Positions 8,206 through 21,973 of a stretch of 64,000 nucleotides of DNA are shown here, piece after piece (positions within the stretch are counted from its first letter, which is position 1; each line of letters begins with the position of its first letter). Both the position numbers and the translations under genes were made by a program. This DNA comes from Calcarisporiella thermophila CBS 279.70 (lineage: Eukaryota > Fungi > Calcarisporiellomycota): positions 253,807 through 317,806 of the forward strand of contig NW_027192216.1 of NCBI RefSeq assembly GCF_041956535.1, in the 5' to 3' direction. The notes under the pieces are model-generated. The model saw only the letters and a program-made list of their open reading frames with translations. It was not told the origin of the DNA and made no database searches.

Positions 8206-9865
8206 TTAGTTTTGCTCGCTTAACATACGCCTCTTTCGTCGACGAGTATTCCGTGCCTGCCCAAAATGAGCGCTAGTTGTCAATCCCCCTCCATTGCGCA
8301 TCATTGTCATTCGCTTGTTTTCTTCTTCCTCCTCCTCATCATCGTCATCATCTTCATCATCCTCCTCTCGTTCCATCACGGCGCCTTCGTCTTCATCTTC
8401 GACTTCTTTCTGCTTAAATATTGACGTTCGTTCTCCATTTGAGGTGGTGTCAGATCCAACTCCAACCACACGAAGTCGCCCTAACCATGACTCTGCGCGC
8501 TGAATAGTGTCTCCGAAGATACCTGCTATTGATTGCAACATTTCGCGAGATTCTACTGCCAAATCAAGTACACGTTTTGCAGCCTCTTCGGGATCAGCAG
8601 CTGGGCGAATGGCATGGGTTGAGGGAGGTACGGGCGATGCCATTGGCCTAAGGCCCGGCGAAGAAGCTGGGGAAGATGTCGAAGAGCGGTCTGCTGTTTG
8701 ATTCATTTGCGCCCACCGTAATGGCAAACTTAAAATAAAGCTTCGCACATTTCGCCTAGCTTGTTCCGGTAAAAAGTTTCCAGCATATCGCGAAACTACT
8801 TCTACTACACGGCGTAATACATTTACAACATCGCGTTTAGCGCGCGTAAGAGAAGACGCCATATCTGACTGGGTGAGAGCGGTTGTATTCGACGGATTTG
8901 TAATACGTGAAATATACGATCGGAGCAAAGCAATTTGATACTCGACCTGACCAATTGCATATTGCAACCATTCTAAACAATAGCGCAGTGACTTCATTCC
9001 CTCCTCGCTCACGATGGCTGCTCCTGCCCCTACAGATGTGCCCACTTCCATTGTAATTTGATGCCATCGACTACGAGGTTGCTGTTGGATAGTGGCAACT
9101 CTATATTTGGTATTGACACTCTCAGAATTGCCGCTATTGCCATTTTCTTCCCCATAAGTGCCCCGAGAATGAGAGATTCCACGCTTATTGTTTACTACTA
9201 AAATTGTATTTAATCTAAGTTAATTCGTACTAATATTTTTTTTAAATTAAAATTAGATACGTACGTTGAGAGTCCTCGTTTCTCGGCCGTCTTCTTCTCA
9301 ATTCGGAAGAGGAATGATTGTTTAACGCATGTCCATTAATTTTCAATGTATGCGTTGAATCATCTTGGTCATTGGAAGTGGATGGATACTTTTTTTCCAG
9401 CTGAAAAATAAGAAAGAAGATTAGTTCGCATCAGTTTCATTCAAATAATATCTCCAGATTAATAGAGGTTACTTTGTCTAGTTGTCTACATGCGAACTCA
9501 TCTAAAGAAGAAAGGTGTGGATTCAATCTACCGATAACGGGCCCAGCGAGGGTTCTTACACTGCTCTCCACCATTTCCGCTCCATAGCGTACGAGTCTTG
9601 AGTTGGCCTTGCTTGCTTCGTAAGTGCGTAGCGTTGTCGCAATCATTGGTATATTGGATATTCGAGCAATAAAATGCTCAGAGTCTGAAGTAGGGGGTTG
9701 ATCTCCAGCAGTGCGCATAGAATCAAGTGCTTCTGCTGCAAGTGTTTCGTCATCGGGCGGCTGTTGATTCGAGTGAAGCTGGTTGTTGCAGAGCTCAGTA
9801 ATGGACATTCGTGAGTTTCGACGGGTATCATCAGCTAGAGTTGCTTCATCTTTCATCTTGCTCAT
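8206..9865 (-). CDS. OPI1: Opi1-family transcription regulator (3 exons)
   Basis: Motifs YGAEMVESSV, LDEFACRQLDK, SEEGMKSLRYCLEWLQYA and VRSFILSLPLRWA are typical of the fungal Opi1 domain. Acidic tail. Confidence 0.8.
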
Positions 9866-10436
9866 GGATTTTGTTGGGAAAAAAATTCGTGTGGCGTTAT
9901 AAAAGTGGGAATTAAAGAAGAGTGCAATGAGAATAGTTAGTAACTTAGATATAAATGAGTAGTATAACAGACTATTAATATAGAAAAGACTCGTTAAAAG
10001 TTTAAAGAGAATTCAAATAGTATTGAGAAAGAATTTTGGAATCAAATCATTAATTCAAAATCTTCACAAGGAAAAAAGGGGTGGGGAAGAACAAAAAATC
10101 GTGTGTGACGTGAGCATGCGCTTGAAGAGAAGCCTAAATGTTTTTTTTTTGACATTTTTGTCCCAAATATGTCTCTAGAACAGACTTTCCTCCGTTACAT
10201 CTCTAAGGATAATTGTAAGCGCTAATCTAAATTTTATACTTCATCGAATGCAAAATATATCTAAGCATCCCATATATTGTTGAGAGATTAGTAAACCGAT
10301 GTGTCGCTTTGGTCGTGCTAAGATCGTTCTATATCAAAATAGCTTAACGATTTACGCTATTAATCGCTAATGACACTGAAATCGCATCGAATTACCTATT
10401 GGGGAAAAGCGCCTCGAAATGAGGTTCAAATAAGCT

Positions 10437-10912
10437 AATGCCTGGTAATTATACAAATTTTTGGACTGATGGATTCAACGGAACTTTGCCATACTGTCCT
10501 GAGATTGAGCCAGCAATGACTCGTTCCCTACCAGAAATGGTAGAATCCCTACAAAAAACCCGCCTGGTGAAAACCGCTAGAAAATGTATAGAAGCATGTA
10601 GAAAAGATGGAGAACGCTTGCGATTTCATTTAAATTTTCAACAAATTCACTATTGTATTCTCCTCTCCCATTATAAATATCATGAAAAGTAGGTGAAGAG
10701 TTGGTAAAACTTTAGGGATTCGCGAACGTTCTCCATCTATTCTACATGCTTCTATACGTTTTCTAGCAGATTTCACCTGGTGGGTTTTTTGTAGGGAGTT
10801 CTTAATCCTCGACTGCAAAGGAGGCAACTCAACTGCCAAGTATGATAGGTTTGACACGGGTGATTCAGGAACTTTAAGGCAGTTCAAGAATTTTTTGATC
10901 TACAGGTATTTG
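10437..10912. repeat. Foldback / long inverted repeat (possible MITE relic)
   Basis: 10546-10623 is the near reverse complement of 10717-10798. The two strands translate to SLQKTRLVKTARKCIEACRKDGER and SLQKTHQVKSARKRIEACRIDGER. Weaker similarity extends outward. Confidence 0.75.
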
Positions 10913-12715
10913 ATACCCGACATCGCATGACTATATAGGATCTCAGAAGGCTGATAGCACTTGATTCTCTATAAGTTTGCTTACCTGGCAAGATGGAACG
11001 CAAACCGGAAGATTTGACTGTCTTATTACTGATGTGAAATCAGTCATCGGCTTCACTATGTCACGTAAGTATTGTTCTCCACGTGTGGAGCTACACGCAG
11101 TTATTCCTCAGCCAAGTTCATCCGAGTAATGTCAACATCTATTGGGGCTAATATAAGTAAAACACATTTGTTTGCTCAGGTAAAATGCAAATTTGGTTGC
11201 AAGGTCACTGTCCTTTTGTTATATCAGCTATGCAAGCAAGCGCCTTAACAGGCTACCGATTTTAATGCTTGACAATGATCATATCAGTGCTTTTTTTCCT
11301 TATGAAAGACTTTTCTACTTCCAACAATGAATAATTTGATTATTTGGATGAATTCATCAGATAAAACCAATATTGGAAAATCAGCACTAGCCAACACTCA
11401 TGACGTTGAGTACTTCTGTGCTGTAAAACCTGATATTGGCATGTTCTCCTCGTTTGGATTACATAGTGCGGCTTTCCAGGATACCAGCACAAGATAGAAA
11501 TGGCTGTACATTTTGCATGAGTACCTTCTCTAATGGAGCATTTAAAATAGTCGAATTTATAGAATTCCAACTTAGCATCTTTGAAATAGACGCATGTATA
11601 TCCCGGTTTGTATAATAACCTATCCGCTCTCATATATAACCTTAGGATTTTCAATGTTAATTCTAATATATATAGATACTAGTGCCCCTTTGGCTATTGG
11701 AGAAATATTGGCTTTTACCTTCAATCTCAATGCAGTTAAAAATTTTGCGATACATACACCTTGTACTGTAGTTATAACAGAGGATTTGGATTGTAGTCTA
11801 ACATGGGTAAACACAGGTTTGCACCGATCCTCTCACCCGGTTGATAGACTCTACTATCAAAAATTGGCGTGTGTCGGTCAGTTTCAAATCCCCTCTATTG
11901 GTACTTGTCTAAGGGGATTTTTTTTTGGGGGGGGGGTTATTGTTGTAAATTCATCGAAAAAGATGGTATAATATATATTTGTGAAATGTGTTCGAATCCC
12001 TACATAAATCATTTTTGCCGAATAACTCATGCTGACCAGGGCTATAAGCGTCGAGAACGTGCGGGCATTGGCCGGTATTGGTAGGAAATACTAAGTTGGT
12101 TTCAATTTGCTATATCTTCCCTCAGAATTTCTTAAGTGCAGCCATCATCTCTTACCATTGAAATTTACACAGGCAAATTTCACTTTTAATGAACATTATC
12201 CTCTTGCCATTTGAGAAGATTAATTGCAATTTTTATTGATGGACACTAGAATTGTCTTGATTCATTCGGTTGAATAAACAGATTGTACAAAGCTTAGCAC
12301 GTAGCAAATTTTTGGCGTTGCAAAAAGTTTTTAGCTTTCAGTTGTTCTCCGCAATCAGTGCATAAGTAAAGCCAAAGTAAAACATTCAAGAAATAACAAG
12401 ATCAATCGTATAATTAATAATCAGCCATTTCTATGGGCTCAGAATTAAAATAGGGAGGTCGGAACAAGTTGTATTGGGAAAGATTTACACCTAGGATTTT
12501 AGAGGCATCTTACAATATTGTGGCGATGGCTAATTAGAGTTATTGTACGCTGGAAACAGTCAAATCATATGAGTGGCTCGTAAATTACTCCCTCTTTGTA
12601 TATATACCCATTGTTTGGAGAATTTCTTGCTTATAATCCGCAATTCATTCCTTGAGTATAATTTACCTACACTCATTATTTTCCATCTTCCTTATTTATT
12701 CTAACTTTTTGCAAA

Positions 12716-13328
12716 ATGCAAAGCAATTCTCATTCTGATTACACTTATCCTCCACCTCCGCCTCAAACCCCTTCATCTCCATACTTGCAGCATCAACCTC
12801 CACAACAATACCAGTTCGCGTATCCTCCTCCTCCTCCCGCTGCTGGAGACAAAAACTACTACCAACAATCATACAGCCAACCCTCTCCCCAACCATATTA
12901 CCAGCATCCACCTCCCCCCCCTCAAACAGTGATTTATGCTAATACCCCCACTTCTGACACCAATATTCCATTGATATTATTTATAGCAGTATGTGCTTGT
13001 GAGCTTGATCCCTTTTCTACTAGTGAGCTAACGCCCCAAAACATAGGGTTTTTGCTTTCCAATCCTGTGGCTTGTCGGTAGTTGTTATTTGAAAACACCT
13101 GGTAACCATTGAATTTCTATAATAATAATAGGTTTGCTTGTGTAAATGGGCATGTTTTAATTTGCCTTATCTTTGATCTCTCCTTTAGATCCAAATCAGC
13201 GTCTCTGGGCTCGCCTTTGCCTTGGCTTCTTTATCGTCTCTGTACTAATCAGCATCACCATTATAGTGGTGTTTTTCACCGTGTACGGTAGAGCTACTAG
13301 ATGTCTCTCCTCCCGATATTACTGTTAG
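12716..13328 (+). CDS. Small membrane protein with Pro/Gln/Tyr-rich N-terminus (3 exons)
   Basis: The spliced product (introns ~12989-13046 and ~13102-13188) reads ...IPLILFIAGFCFPILWLVGSCYLKTPDPNQRLWARLCLGFFIVSVLISITIIVVFFTVY...*. Confidence 0.7.
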
Positions 13329-14173
13329 ATTCTGCAAAGGACTTAAAGAATTATCTATGTGTGGTCTTCGAGGAATAGATTTCCTTACTAGTTGATCTCG
13401 GACGAATCATCAATGTAATGCTGAATAGCATCCGATTCGATATTTAAATCTTACATAATGCCGGATCAAATCTCTTTGGTTTTAATCCGTATTCGTGTTT
13501 ATATGTTTATATTTTTATTGATTGCAAGCGTGGCTGGGTAGATATCATTTGAATCTAAGAATAAAGTTGTTTACGACTGGTTCACAAAGTTCCGAAGCAC
13601 TCATGAGCTTTTAGTGATTTCTTAGATATACTAACAATACCGTCTCTGGCTTGGTGTGACAGAGAAGCTCCGTGGCTAGCACAGAACTCCTTTTATCCTC
13701 CTTGTCCTTGAACGCGTGGATAAAGAGCGTCCCTGTACGTCACTATGATACTGAGTAACAATTTCGCTAATGTGAGCACAAAATTTATTTGAAGGAATTA
13801 ATCATGGAAACTCCTAAGGACTATTCTACGACCAGGGCTTTTCGCAAAAAGGCCTACGCTAGTCAGAGTGCTCCCCTTGGCGTATTTCTCGTTGGCATAG
13901 GAGTGCTATAGCCCAACTGAGCTCTGGCATTCAGCTATGTTTACCCTCTTTCAGACAAAACAAAGCCCCGTATGACGCGGCTGAGCCAGTGAAGTTTGAA
14001 TCACCAGAAACTATACACCAAAACTCTATTAGCTCATTGACAAGAAAGTTGTTTGGCGCCGACTCCAAAACGGTGAGTACGTTGCAGCTCCGCTGGATCT
14101 TAAAAATAAAACAACTTTTATTTGACACTTTGTTCACCCTCTTTCTCTGTCCCTTATACCTTAGTCTGCCACC

Positions 14174-15103
14174 ATGGTATCTATAACCAGGCCTAGAGTA
14201 TTTAGCGTTGCCCTGCTCACGCTAATTCTGGTGCAATGTAGAGCCCATGCCCAGTCTCAAGAAGAGAAGAGAGTGCAACGCTGGGGTGATATGAGTGATA
14301 TATGGGCTCGACCATACCGTGGTGAATTCCGTGTTTTTCGACGGCAGGTAACCTCTGATGCTGATGTCAGCACGACACATGAAGGAGCCTCAATTCCTCC
14401 CACCTCCTTGCCAGTCGAAAGTTCACCAAGCTCTAATGACTTAACAAGCTCGGTTGAGAAATCAACTGTATCCGCAACCAACACAATTGGTTCGAGTAGC
14501 ACCTTGCATCCTTCGCGAAGAGATCCATTGCAGTCAAGCAGTATTTCTTCTACAAATGAAGAAGTTTCCTCTGCATCTCAAACTTCTCCACCCACTAAAG
14601 AAAACTCTAAAACGGAGAAGCCGTCTACATTTATACCGTCTGAACCATCCAAGCCTACCTCCTCTGACCCTTTGGTCACTTCAATTCCCTCAACGTCAAA
14701 ACCGTCGACTGTTTCGCCTTTCCCAACTTCAATTCCGCCATCAACTTCAAATCCGCCATCGACTTCTCCTTCATCGACTAGCAATCCTCCTAGTACAACT
14801 GTGGATACGAGCACATCGAGTCCCTCTAAGACCTCAGTTACTTCCACTGAAAAGCCTGAGACTGCGACTCAAATTGTGACAAAAACCCAGACGAACAAGC
14901 CGGCTCCTGACCAGCCTGAAACTCCTGATGTGACGGTGGTAACCATTACTTCGGTGGATGGAACTCTGGTGACAATCACGGCTTCGCGTCCCGCCAACAT
15001 CCAAGTTCCTACCCTGATCAATGAAGCGGCCTCCAATTTAAAATCCATAATTATATCGCTGGCAAGTGGGGTACTCGTAGCGACGATTGTAATGATCGTT
15101 TAA
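14174..15103 (+). CDS. Secreted Ser/Thr/Pro-rich mucin-like, probably GPI-anchored surface protein
   Basis: 309-aa ORF with a signal peptide, dibasic sites, an S/T/P-rich body and a hydrophobic C-terminal tail. Confidence 0.75.
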   Translation: MVSITRPRVFSVALLTLILVQCRAHAQSQEEKRVQRWGDMSDIWARPYRGEFRVFRRQVTSDADVSTTHEGASIPPTSLPVESSPSSNDLTSSVEKSTVSATNTIGSSSTLHPSRRDPLQSSSISSTNEEVSSASQTSPPTKENSKTEKPSTFIPSEPSKPTSSDPLVTSIPSTSKPSTVSPFPTSIPPSTSNPPSTSPSSTSNPPSTTVDTSTSSPSKTSVTSTEKPETATQIVTKTQTNKPAPDQPETPDVTVVTITSVDGTLVTITASRPANIQVPTLINEAASNLKSIIISLASGVLVATIVMIV

Positions 15104-15723
15104 CACCATCTTGCACGTCTATACTCACATGCATCCATATTTATATATTTATATTTTATTCACCCCGTTATATATTGTATCACCTGTGGAAACCACACCC
15201 ATATAAATCACAATAAATATTCCTATATATGGCCTTACACAGATGTAATTACACTAAAGAAAGCTTTCGGCATTTATCTCTGAGCATATATATGATGCCA
15301 ACCTACTCTAAGAACAAAATACGAACACATGCACCTCCCAAATACTATTTACCTATATTATATACTTAAGTACAGATTAAGTACTATAATTTTCATACAA
15401 TACTTTAGATCAAGAATTCTCTCTTAATGCAAAGGCTTTAAAAAGAATACCTCCTATTATATATAATAGTGTTAGATAAACTCTAGACGTGCATAATTTC
15501 ATGCCATTTTAGTTTCCTCTTAGATATCAATTTTCAGTACAGTCCAATAGATGATGGAGCAGATTACTGTATATTGTAAATTTGGTAATATCCAAAAAGT
15601 CACAGCTTCACCAACTTCGGATCAATTTCCATTATTAAATTATTATTATTCAATATATTCAGTACATATAATATTAAGTTGTAGTAATTCTTGTATCTAT
15701 TAAGAGCCGTCAAGATAAATTAA

Positions 15724-16395
15724 TTAGTAACGGACAGTCTTGGTGACGTAGATAGTGCATCTCTCGGTAACAGTGTTAGTTACTGTCTTAGGGGGAGGTG
15801 TAATTGTCACCGTCTTAGTAGTGGTGACCGGAGGTTGAGTGATTGTCACAGGAGGCTTAGTAACAGTGACAGGTGGGAGAGTAACGGTCACAGGGGGCTT
15901 GGTGATGGTGACCGGAGGAGCGGTAACGGTAACTGGAGGACGAGTGACGGTGACAGGAGGAAGAGTGACGGTAACTGGAGGACGGGTTACAGTGACAGGA
16001 GGGAGAGTGACGGTAACTGCAGGACGGGTAACGGTAACAGTGGGGGGAGTTACAGTGACAGGGGGGAGAGTCACGGTCACAGGAGGACGAGTCACGGTCA
16101 CCACACTAGTCACGTAGGCAGGGGGGGCAGTGACGGTGACAGGGGGAAGAGTGACAATGGAGGAAACAGTCACTGGAGGGAGAGTCACTGTACCTTTGCA
16201 GCCGTAGATGTTCTGGTTCAAGCTTCCTGCACCAGGGCCGCTGTTGTTCGAGTTGTTAATGTTGTTTTCAGCAATTTGCTGATGCCCACCAACAGAGTTG
16301 TTACCACCGATGCCAATAGCACGCTTGTTGGGCGCAGCGGAGGTAGAGGCAATCAAACCGAGAGCAATGGCGACAAGGGAGAAAGAGGTCTTCAT
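15724..16395 (-). CDS. Secreted repeat protein with (PPVTVTx)n heptads
   Basis: 223-aa ORF with a signal peptide, NKR site, Asn/Gly-rich segment, then a tandem array of 7-aa units (21-nt DNA repeat at ~15790-16190). Confidence 0.8.
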   Translation of the reverse strand: MKTSFSLVAIALGLIASTSAAPNKRAIGIGGNNSVGGHQQIAENNINNSNNSGPGAGSLNQNIYGCKGTVTLPPVTVSSIVTLPPVTVTAPPAYVTSVVTVTRPPVTVTLPPVTVTPPTVTVTRPAVTVTLPPVTVTRPPVTVTLPPVTVTRPPVTVTAPPVTITKPPVTVTLPPVTVTKPPVTITQPPVTTTKTVTITPPPKTVTNTVTERCTIYVTKTVRY

Positions 16396-18029
16396 TTTTG
16401 TGATTAGTTGTGTTAAGGAGTGTTGATAGAGATAAGAAATGAATGTGTGTTGTTTTAAAGGAGTGTTGACCTAAGTGCTAAACTTAGAGAAATAGATCGT
16501 GAGTTGATGGTCAGATCAAATCGTAAAATGGGTGTATTTATATACTTTTAATTCACGCAGATTCTCGTGCTGAAAAAAGAGAATAAATCCCTTCAATTCG
16601 CCACAAGAGTGTGTAGACACGTTTTACTTTTGCCGGTTCAAATTTGCCCAGATCTCTCCCTATATCTGGCAGGAGACAATGTTTTTCCCACCAAATCTCC
16701 CATTTTCTTCGATATGTTTGATTTATCTGAATACCTAATAAGTATGTAATAAACCGTGTGCTTTTCTGCATGCTAAAGCGATTCCTAATGCTGGTTTAAG
16801 ACCTTATACAATCCTATCAATTCTATTGCTAAAGGCAATTCGCCATTTAGATTTTTAAGGGGTTTCATGTCATCTGAATTATTTCTCCGATACACCATTG
16901 TTATGCTCTCCGCGAGATTGAAGCTTCGATCCAAAACGCCCTCGGCAAACATATTCATTGTTTGAAACGTAGATTTTAAGTAATATAGAATTGAACAATT
17001 CTCATAGCGACTTAACAGAGTGAAAACCCAACTCTTTCTTATGAAACTCTGCGATCACTTAGTTTACTCCAATAGAAAATCTCCCAAGAAAAAACCCGAA
17101 TGGGAGGGAAAGAGGCAGTTTGTAAAATGGCTTCCGAAAGTTTTTGAAAATTGTCTTGGCCTTGATGGGCCACGATAACTCTGGGATGAATAGATAGGAT
17201 CTCAGATATACTCGGAAAATGGAAGCAGCTTAGATAAGCCTGGTCCACAATGCTTATATTCTCTAAATGGAGTAGAGATCTCCCAATACTTAGCTTCAAC
17301 TGATTGCACAACCAGCAAAAGATTCGGCAATATGTTCTCCTGAGTTCCATCCTATTTTTACATAATGTGGTCCATGCTCGAATAGTTGGAATGAGAGTGC
17401 TTCGATTCAATTAGTATTAGATATACAGATTAATAGACCAAAGGAATCAGTCCTTTGGTGGCCGAACAATCTATTAATAGGCCATGATTTGACCAGCGGT
17501 TTCGTTTTCGGCTGTTTTGAGCAGTTTCAATATACTAAACTAAGGTTCCTCAACCTCTTAATTCAAATCCCCATACCGTCTTATATTACACTTTATCTAT
17601 CCGCAGATGAAGACTCCTTCAAAGCTGCGCTTTGAAATCAGTAAGATAGTAATATTCAGGTAATCAACTCCACAAGGCGATGGTGTAGGGAGCATACGCG
17701 TGAGATGGTTAGACGCATAGTGAATCATAGATAGATTGTGAGTTATTTTAGTTCTTTGTTAAAAAAGAGCATAAAATAGAAATATATTATTCTATATTAT
17801 GCTCAAAAAATTTTTTTTAAATATAGGTACTGTTTATCGACGCATATATTAAAAACATATCGGCAATTCCTGTAATAGCGAGTACTAGTCGAAAGGGCGA
17901 AAGTAAATATTTGTATATTAATATAAAAGTGAAGAAGCAGATTTATTCGTATAACAAAAAAAGAAATAAAAGGCAAAATGTAAGGACAGACGTGAAGAGG
18001 AGATGTAATTATTTTGACAGTTTGAAATG

Positions 18030-19950
18030 TTAGGCTTCGAGTAAATGCACAACTTCTTCCCAAATTTTCTTACTCTCTTTGTAAAATTCAACTCGGCTTT
18101 CCGCATAGGCAACCAACATCCCTTGCACTTCGTGCAACTTAGTCTCCATGAAGAGCTCGTATTCCTTCGTCACCTCATTCGAAAATGCTACACTCACATC
18201 GTTACTTGATTCCACCGCCTCTTGCAGCTCGGCTATCCGCTGGTTAAGGCGCGTAAGTCGTTCTTCACGGGCCTTATCTTGATCCACACCTTTGAACTCA
18301 TCCATCTTATCGCGAATGTATGTAGATAATCCGCCCGACGAGCGTCCTGTTTGGAGTAGACGATCGCGTTCCTGGATGCTGGTATGGAGATATTCCGTCA
18401 GTTGCTCAAAATCCAACTGTTTTTCATCGCGCAACTTGAGGACATTTTTGATTGCATAGCAGTAAGCGAGGTAGTCATGGAGTTGTGATAAATAGTTGGA
18501 ATCACCGACTTTTGTCTGGTAAAATATTATGATTAAATACTTAATGGAGAGAGTTTTGGTTATCATAGTCGCAAATACTCTACCATGTTTTTCAGTGAAT
18601 TGGCATGCTGTTGTAGTGCGTTAGAAAAGTTCGTTAGCGGCTCCGTGATATCTCCTTCCAGTTGACTGAGCTGGAGAGTTGAATTACTGAAATCCAAATA
18701 GTCTTGCTCCATATCTTTCAAGTAAAACAAAGAAAACTCGATTAATAAACGAGGTAATTGTGAAATCTAAAGTCGTCTTACCAGATTGGCGTCGAAAAAT
18801 TCGCTGGTGCACTCGCTCCACTGCTTGTATATTTTCTACCAGTTTGTCAATCACCTCCCGCATAGCCACAAAGCGTTCATCTGGTTTTCGAATACGCGTA
18901 AAGGCATTTAATAGGGCATCACCTAAATTTTCTAGCACGCTTTCTCTCTTATGTTTTGAGGTGGCTTCAGCGCTGAAGTCGCTAGCTTCGAGGAAGAGTC
19001 GAAGATGATCAGTACGCTGGAGGACAGGGTGGCGTGATATACGTTCCAAAAATCGTTGCAAGCTGTAGCAGCGAATTATATTAACAATGATAATAACAAT
19101 AAGTGAATACAAAATTAGTTACCTTGCTCTACGACGCTCCAAAAATTCAGAACTAAATCTATCTCCTGTCAAATATTCTGAAATGGGGATGAGCTAATGG
19201 AGCACAAACTATGAAGACAGTCCATATATATATACATACCCATACGGTGTTTTTCTGGTAGAGGAGGGATGACAATTGCGGGGAATTCGCGGGAAAGCAA
19301 GGAGTAGAGGGTTACAAAGTCTTGGAATCGTCGTCGCACAGTGGTTGTGCCTTGTGAAAACCACTCAAGCGTGGTCTAATAGTATAAAATGTATTAATTA
19401 TAGCAAAAAATAAAAAAAGGCAGATCAGAATAGAGTTTTACCTTTGTTGTAATCTGGTAAGAAACATATGTATCTTTTGTCCCATCCTGCTCTTTACGGG
19501 GATCTGTAACGGCAATTATCATGGGACGTACTGGGGGTCTTCTTTTATTAGCATTATTTGATGTAGCTCCAACTGCTGCTGAGGACTGAATAGTCGCGCT
19601 ACTTGTTGAAGCTTCTCCCAAATTTGCCCTTGGCTCCTTTTCAACGCCGATACCCGAAGAAGGTTGAGCACTAAAATTTTCATGAGTGGAGTGAGCATGA
19701 TGGGAAAGGATTTCAGTGTCTGTGTGGATGGACTATTGAATAATTTGAGCGAACTGGGCCACATCAAAGCAAATGATCAAAGACTTACTGCGAACATAGA
19801 ATCATCTCCTCCATTTAGGTTCAAATTGAAAGCAGCTTCATTTAGTGAAGAAAGCGGCCCCGCTTCATCACTCGCAATTGGTTTATGCGCGGCATCGGCT
19901 ATAGCACCTGTGTCCCAGCTTATAGAACTATACTCTTCATTATCCATCAT
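18030..19950 (-). CDS. SNX4: Sorting nexin 4 / Atg24 (PX-BAR), multi-exon
   Basis: PX motifs VTDPRKEQDGTKDTYVSY, VRRRFQDF, PPLPEKH and LQRFLERISRHPVL. BAR motif LKLRDEKQLDFEQL. Confidence 0.9.
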
Positions 19951-20495
19951 AATCAATTTTCAATGATCAACTTTAGCCAAGTCTTGGGTTTTTCATTGCT
20001 GCGCGTCAAAGAAATGATCAGATATAGCCAAATTTAGATTACCGAATCGATAGAATAGGCATATAATTTCCGGCTATGTTGAAAAAACGATCGCTACAAA
20101 AACGGCGATTTCAATAGCGTGAAAACAATGATATATTTTTGCCGAGGCCCTGCTAAAGGATATGATAGGATAGACCATTGCTTGCACTCCATTGCAGCAC
20201 CAATGATGGGTCTACTTTGCGAACAGTTCCGGAGCCTCTTCAGTGAGAGTAGGTCTAGAATTATGAGTTTCGTCTCGTTAAATAGTGTAGATTTGAATGC
20301 AATGCACGGATAACAAAGTTAATTTGGTCTAGAGAACAGGTATTCCCCAACACCGGTTTTTTTTAATTCCATATATTCGAATCAAGAGCCTGGTGGAACG
20401 ATGCTTTAAATTGAAATAGAGGTGTTTGTTGAGTTAATTGTCAATACTAGCTGCCTGTCCTTTTCGCCTCGAACTCCAAGGCATCATTTCGCGCT

Positions 20496-21973
20496 ATGAA
20501 AGTTAAGCAATCTCGGTCGATTATGTTTGCCCCTGCCCTGGCCGCTGCTGCGGTTTCAGCTACCACGGTGGCATATTATAACTTAATCAGTCCTGTCTCC
20601 CTCCATCACCACGAACACCCTGCAGACATAGAGATCACAGATCCTAGGTCGGGCACAATCTCCCGTAAATCATTAGTCGATTACGTGCTCGAAGAATGTC
20701 CGTCACTCAGCTCAGCATTCCACTCGACACCTTTTTTGTTCAATGGACATCTTCAAACGATTTTTGCAGCTCTTAACTCGCGAGGCTCCAAAACTATCAA
20801 TCTTAAATATGATAGGTAAGATTTCTTCGCACTTGTTTGCCCATCCTACACTCACACTACTGTGTTTCAAACAGGGAAATACTGAATATGCCCGATGGTG
20901 GCCAGGTAATATTTTTCTAAATTATGTAAAATAGCGAGGATTAGTAATATATGTACTTCCCTATTAATAGGTCTCTCTCGATTGGTCCCATCCGGATAGT
21001 GCGGAAGATAGCACCCCCCTGCTTATGGTCCTTCATGGTGTTTCTGGAGGATCCGGCGAGAGCTATGTGATGGAGCTTGTCAGCAAACTTATCAAACCTC
21101 CTTACAACTATCGCACAGTTGTTTTTAATTATAGAGGCTGTGCACGTACTGAGCTGCTTACCCCACAGCTTTATAACGCAGGATGGACGGGTGATCTTGA
21201 GCTTGTGGTTGCGCATGTGCAGAAGTTGTACCCAAAGGCTCCCTTAATGGCTATTGGATATTCGTTAGGTGCGAATTTGCTAGTAAAATATTTGGGAGAA
21301 CTTGGAGATAAAGCTCCTTTTGTGGCCGGCATATCAGTTGCGAATCCTTTCGATTTATTCACGTAATACACCGAAAATCAGTTATTGTATCGCCCGTAGG
21401 ATAAATTTACATTCCTTTCTCTATAGCTCAAGCCGTAACCTCAATCACTCTTTCATGGGCAAACACTTCTATTCTCCCGTAATGAGTTCCAACCTTGTCC
21501 GTAATGTCAAGCGCTTTAAGAATATACTTGGCCAACACACAGGTGGCCTGGATGTCGAGCTAATTCTCAAGGCACGCAGCCTCCATGAATTTGATTCCCT
21601 CTGTACTAGCAAGGCATTCGGCTACTCCACGGCGGACGAGTACTATAGACTAAATAGCAGTGTCCTATTTTTACCCAAGGTGCGAGTGCCTTTGCTATGT
21701 TTAAACGCTCAAGATGACCCAGTTGCACCTGAAATCGCATACGCAGAATGTAAGAGCAACCCATACGTAATTTTGGCCACTACAAAACTAGGGGGGCACA
21801 TTGGGTGGTATACTGGTATTGCAAACCCGAAGCGGTGGTGTACGGATCCTTTAGCTGAATTCTGCCAGGCTATGTTTCAGGTAATGAGCACTCTATGTTT
21901 TTATAATATACGGCAGCAATATTCTAATTCTAATTCCTTTTAGACGTCAAAACACATGACTACACAATCCTAA
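20496..21973 (+). CDS. Alpha/beta hydrolase of the EHT1/EEB1/ABHD1-3 family, multi-exon
   Basis: Motifs FNGHLQT, LHGVSGGSGESY, NYRGCA, GYSLGAN (nucleophile), NAQDDP and GGHIGW. Confidence 0.85.

Noticed and set aside
11340-11971. Short ORFs on both strands
   Set aside because: No recognisable domain or coherent exon chain. A decayed pseudogene is possible but unsupported.
15835-16407. Antisense ORFs over the repeat protein (similarly over PUT1, DES1 and OPI1)
   Set aside because: These are shadow ORFs caused by repeats or codon bias on the coding strand.
17429-17478. Hairpin ACCAAAGGA-ATCAG-TCCTTTGGT with flanking ATTAATAG/CTATTAAT
   Set aside because: It is short and isolated, with no snoRNA boxes or ribozyme core.
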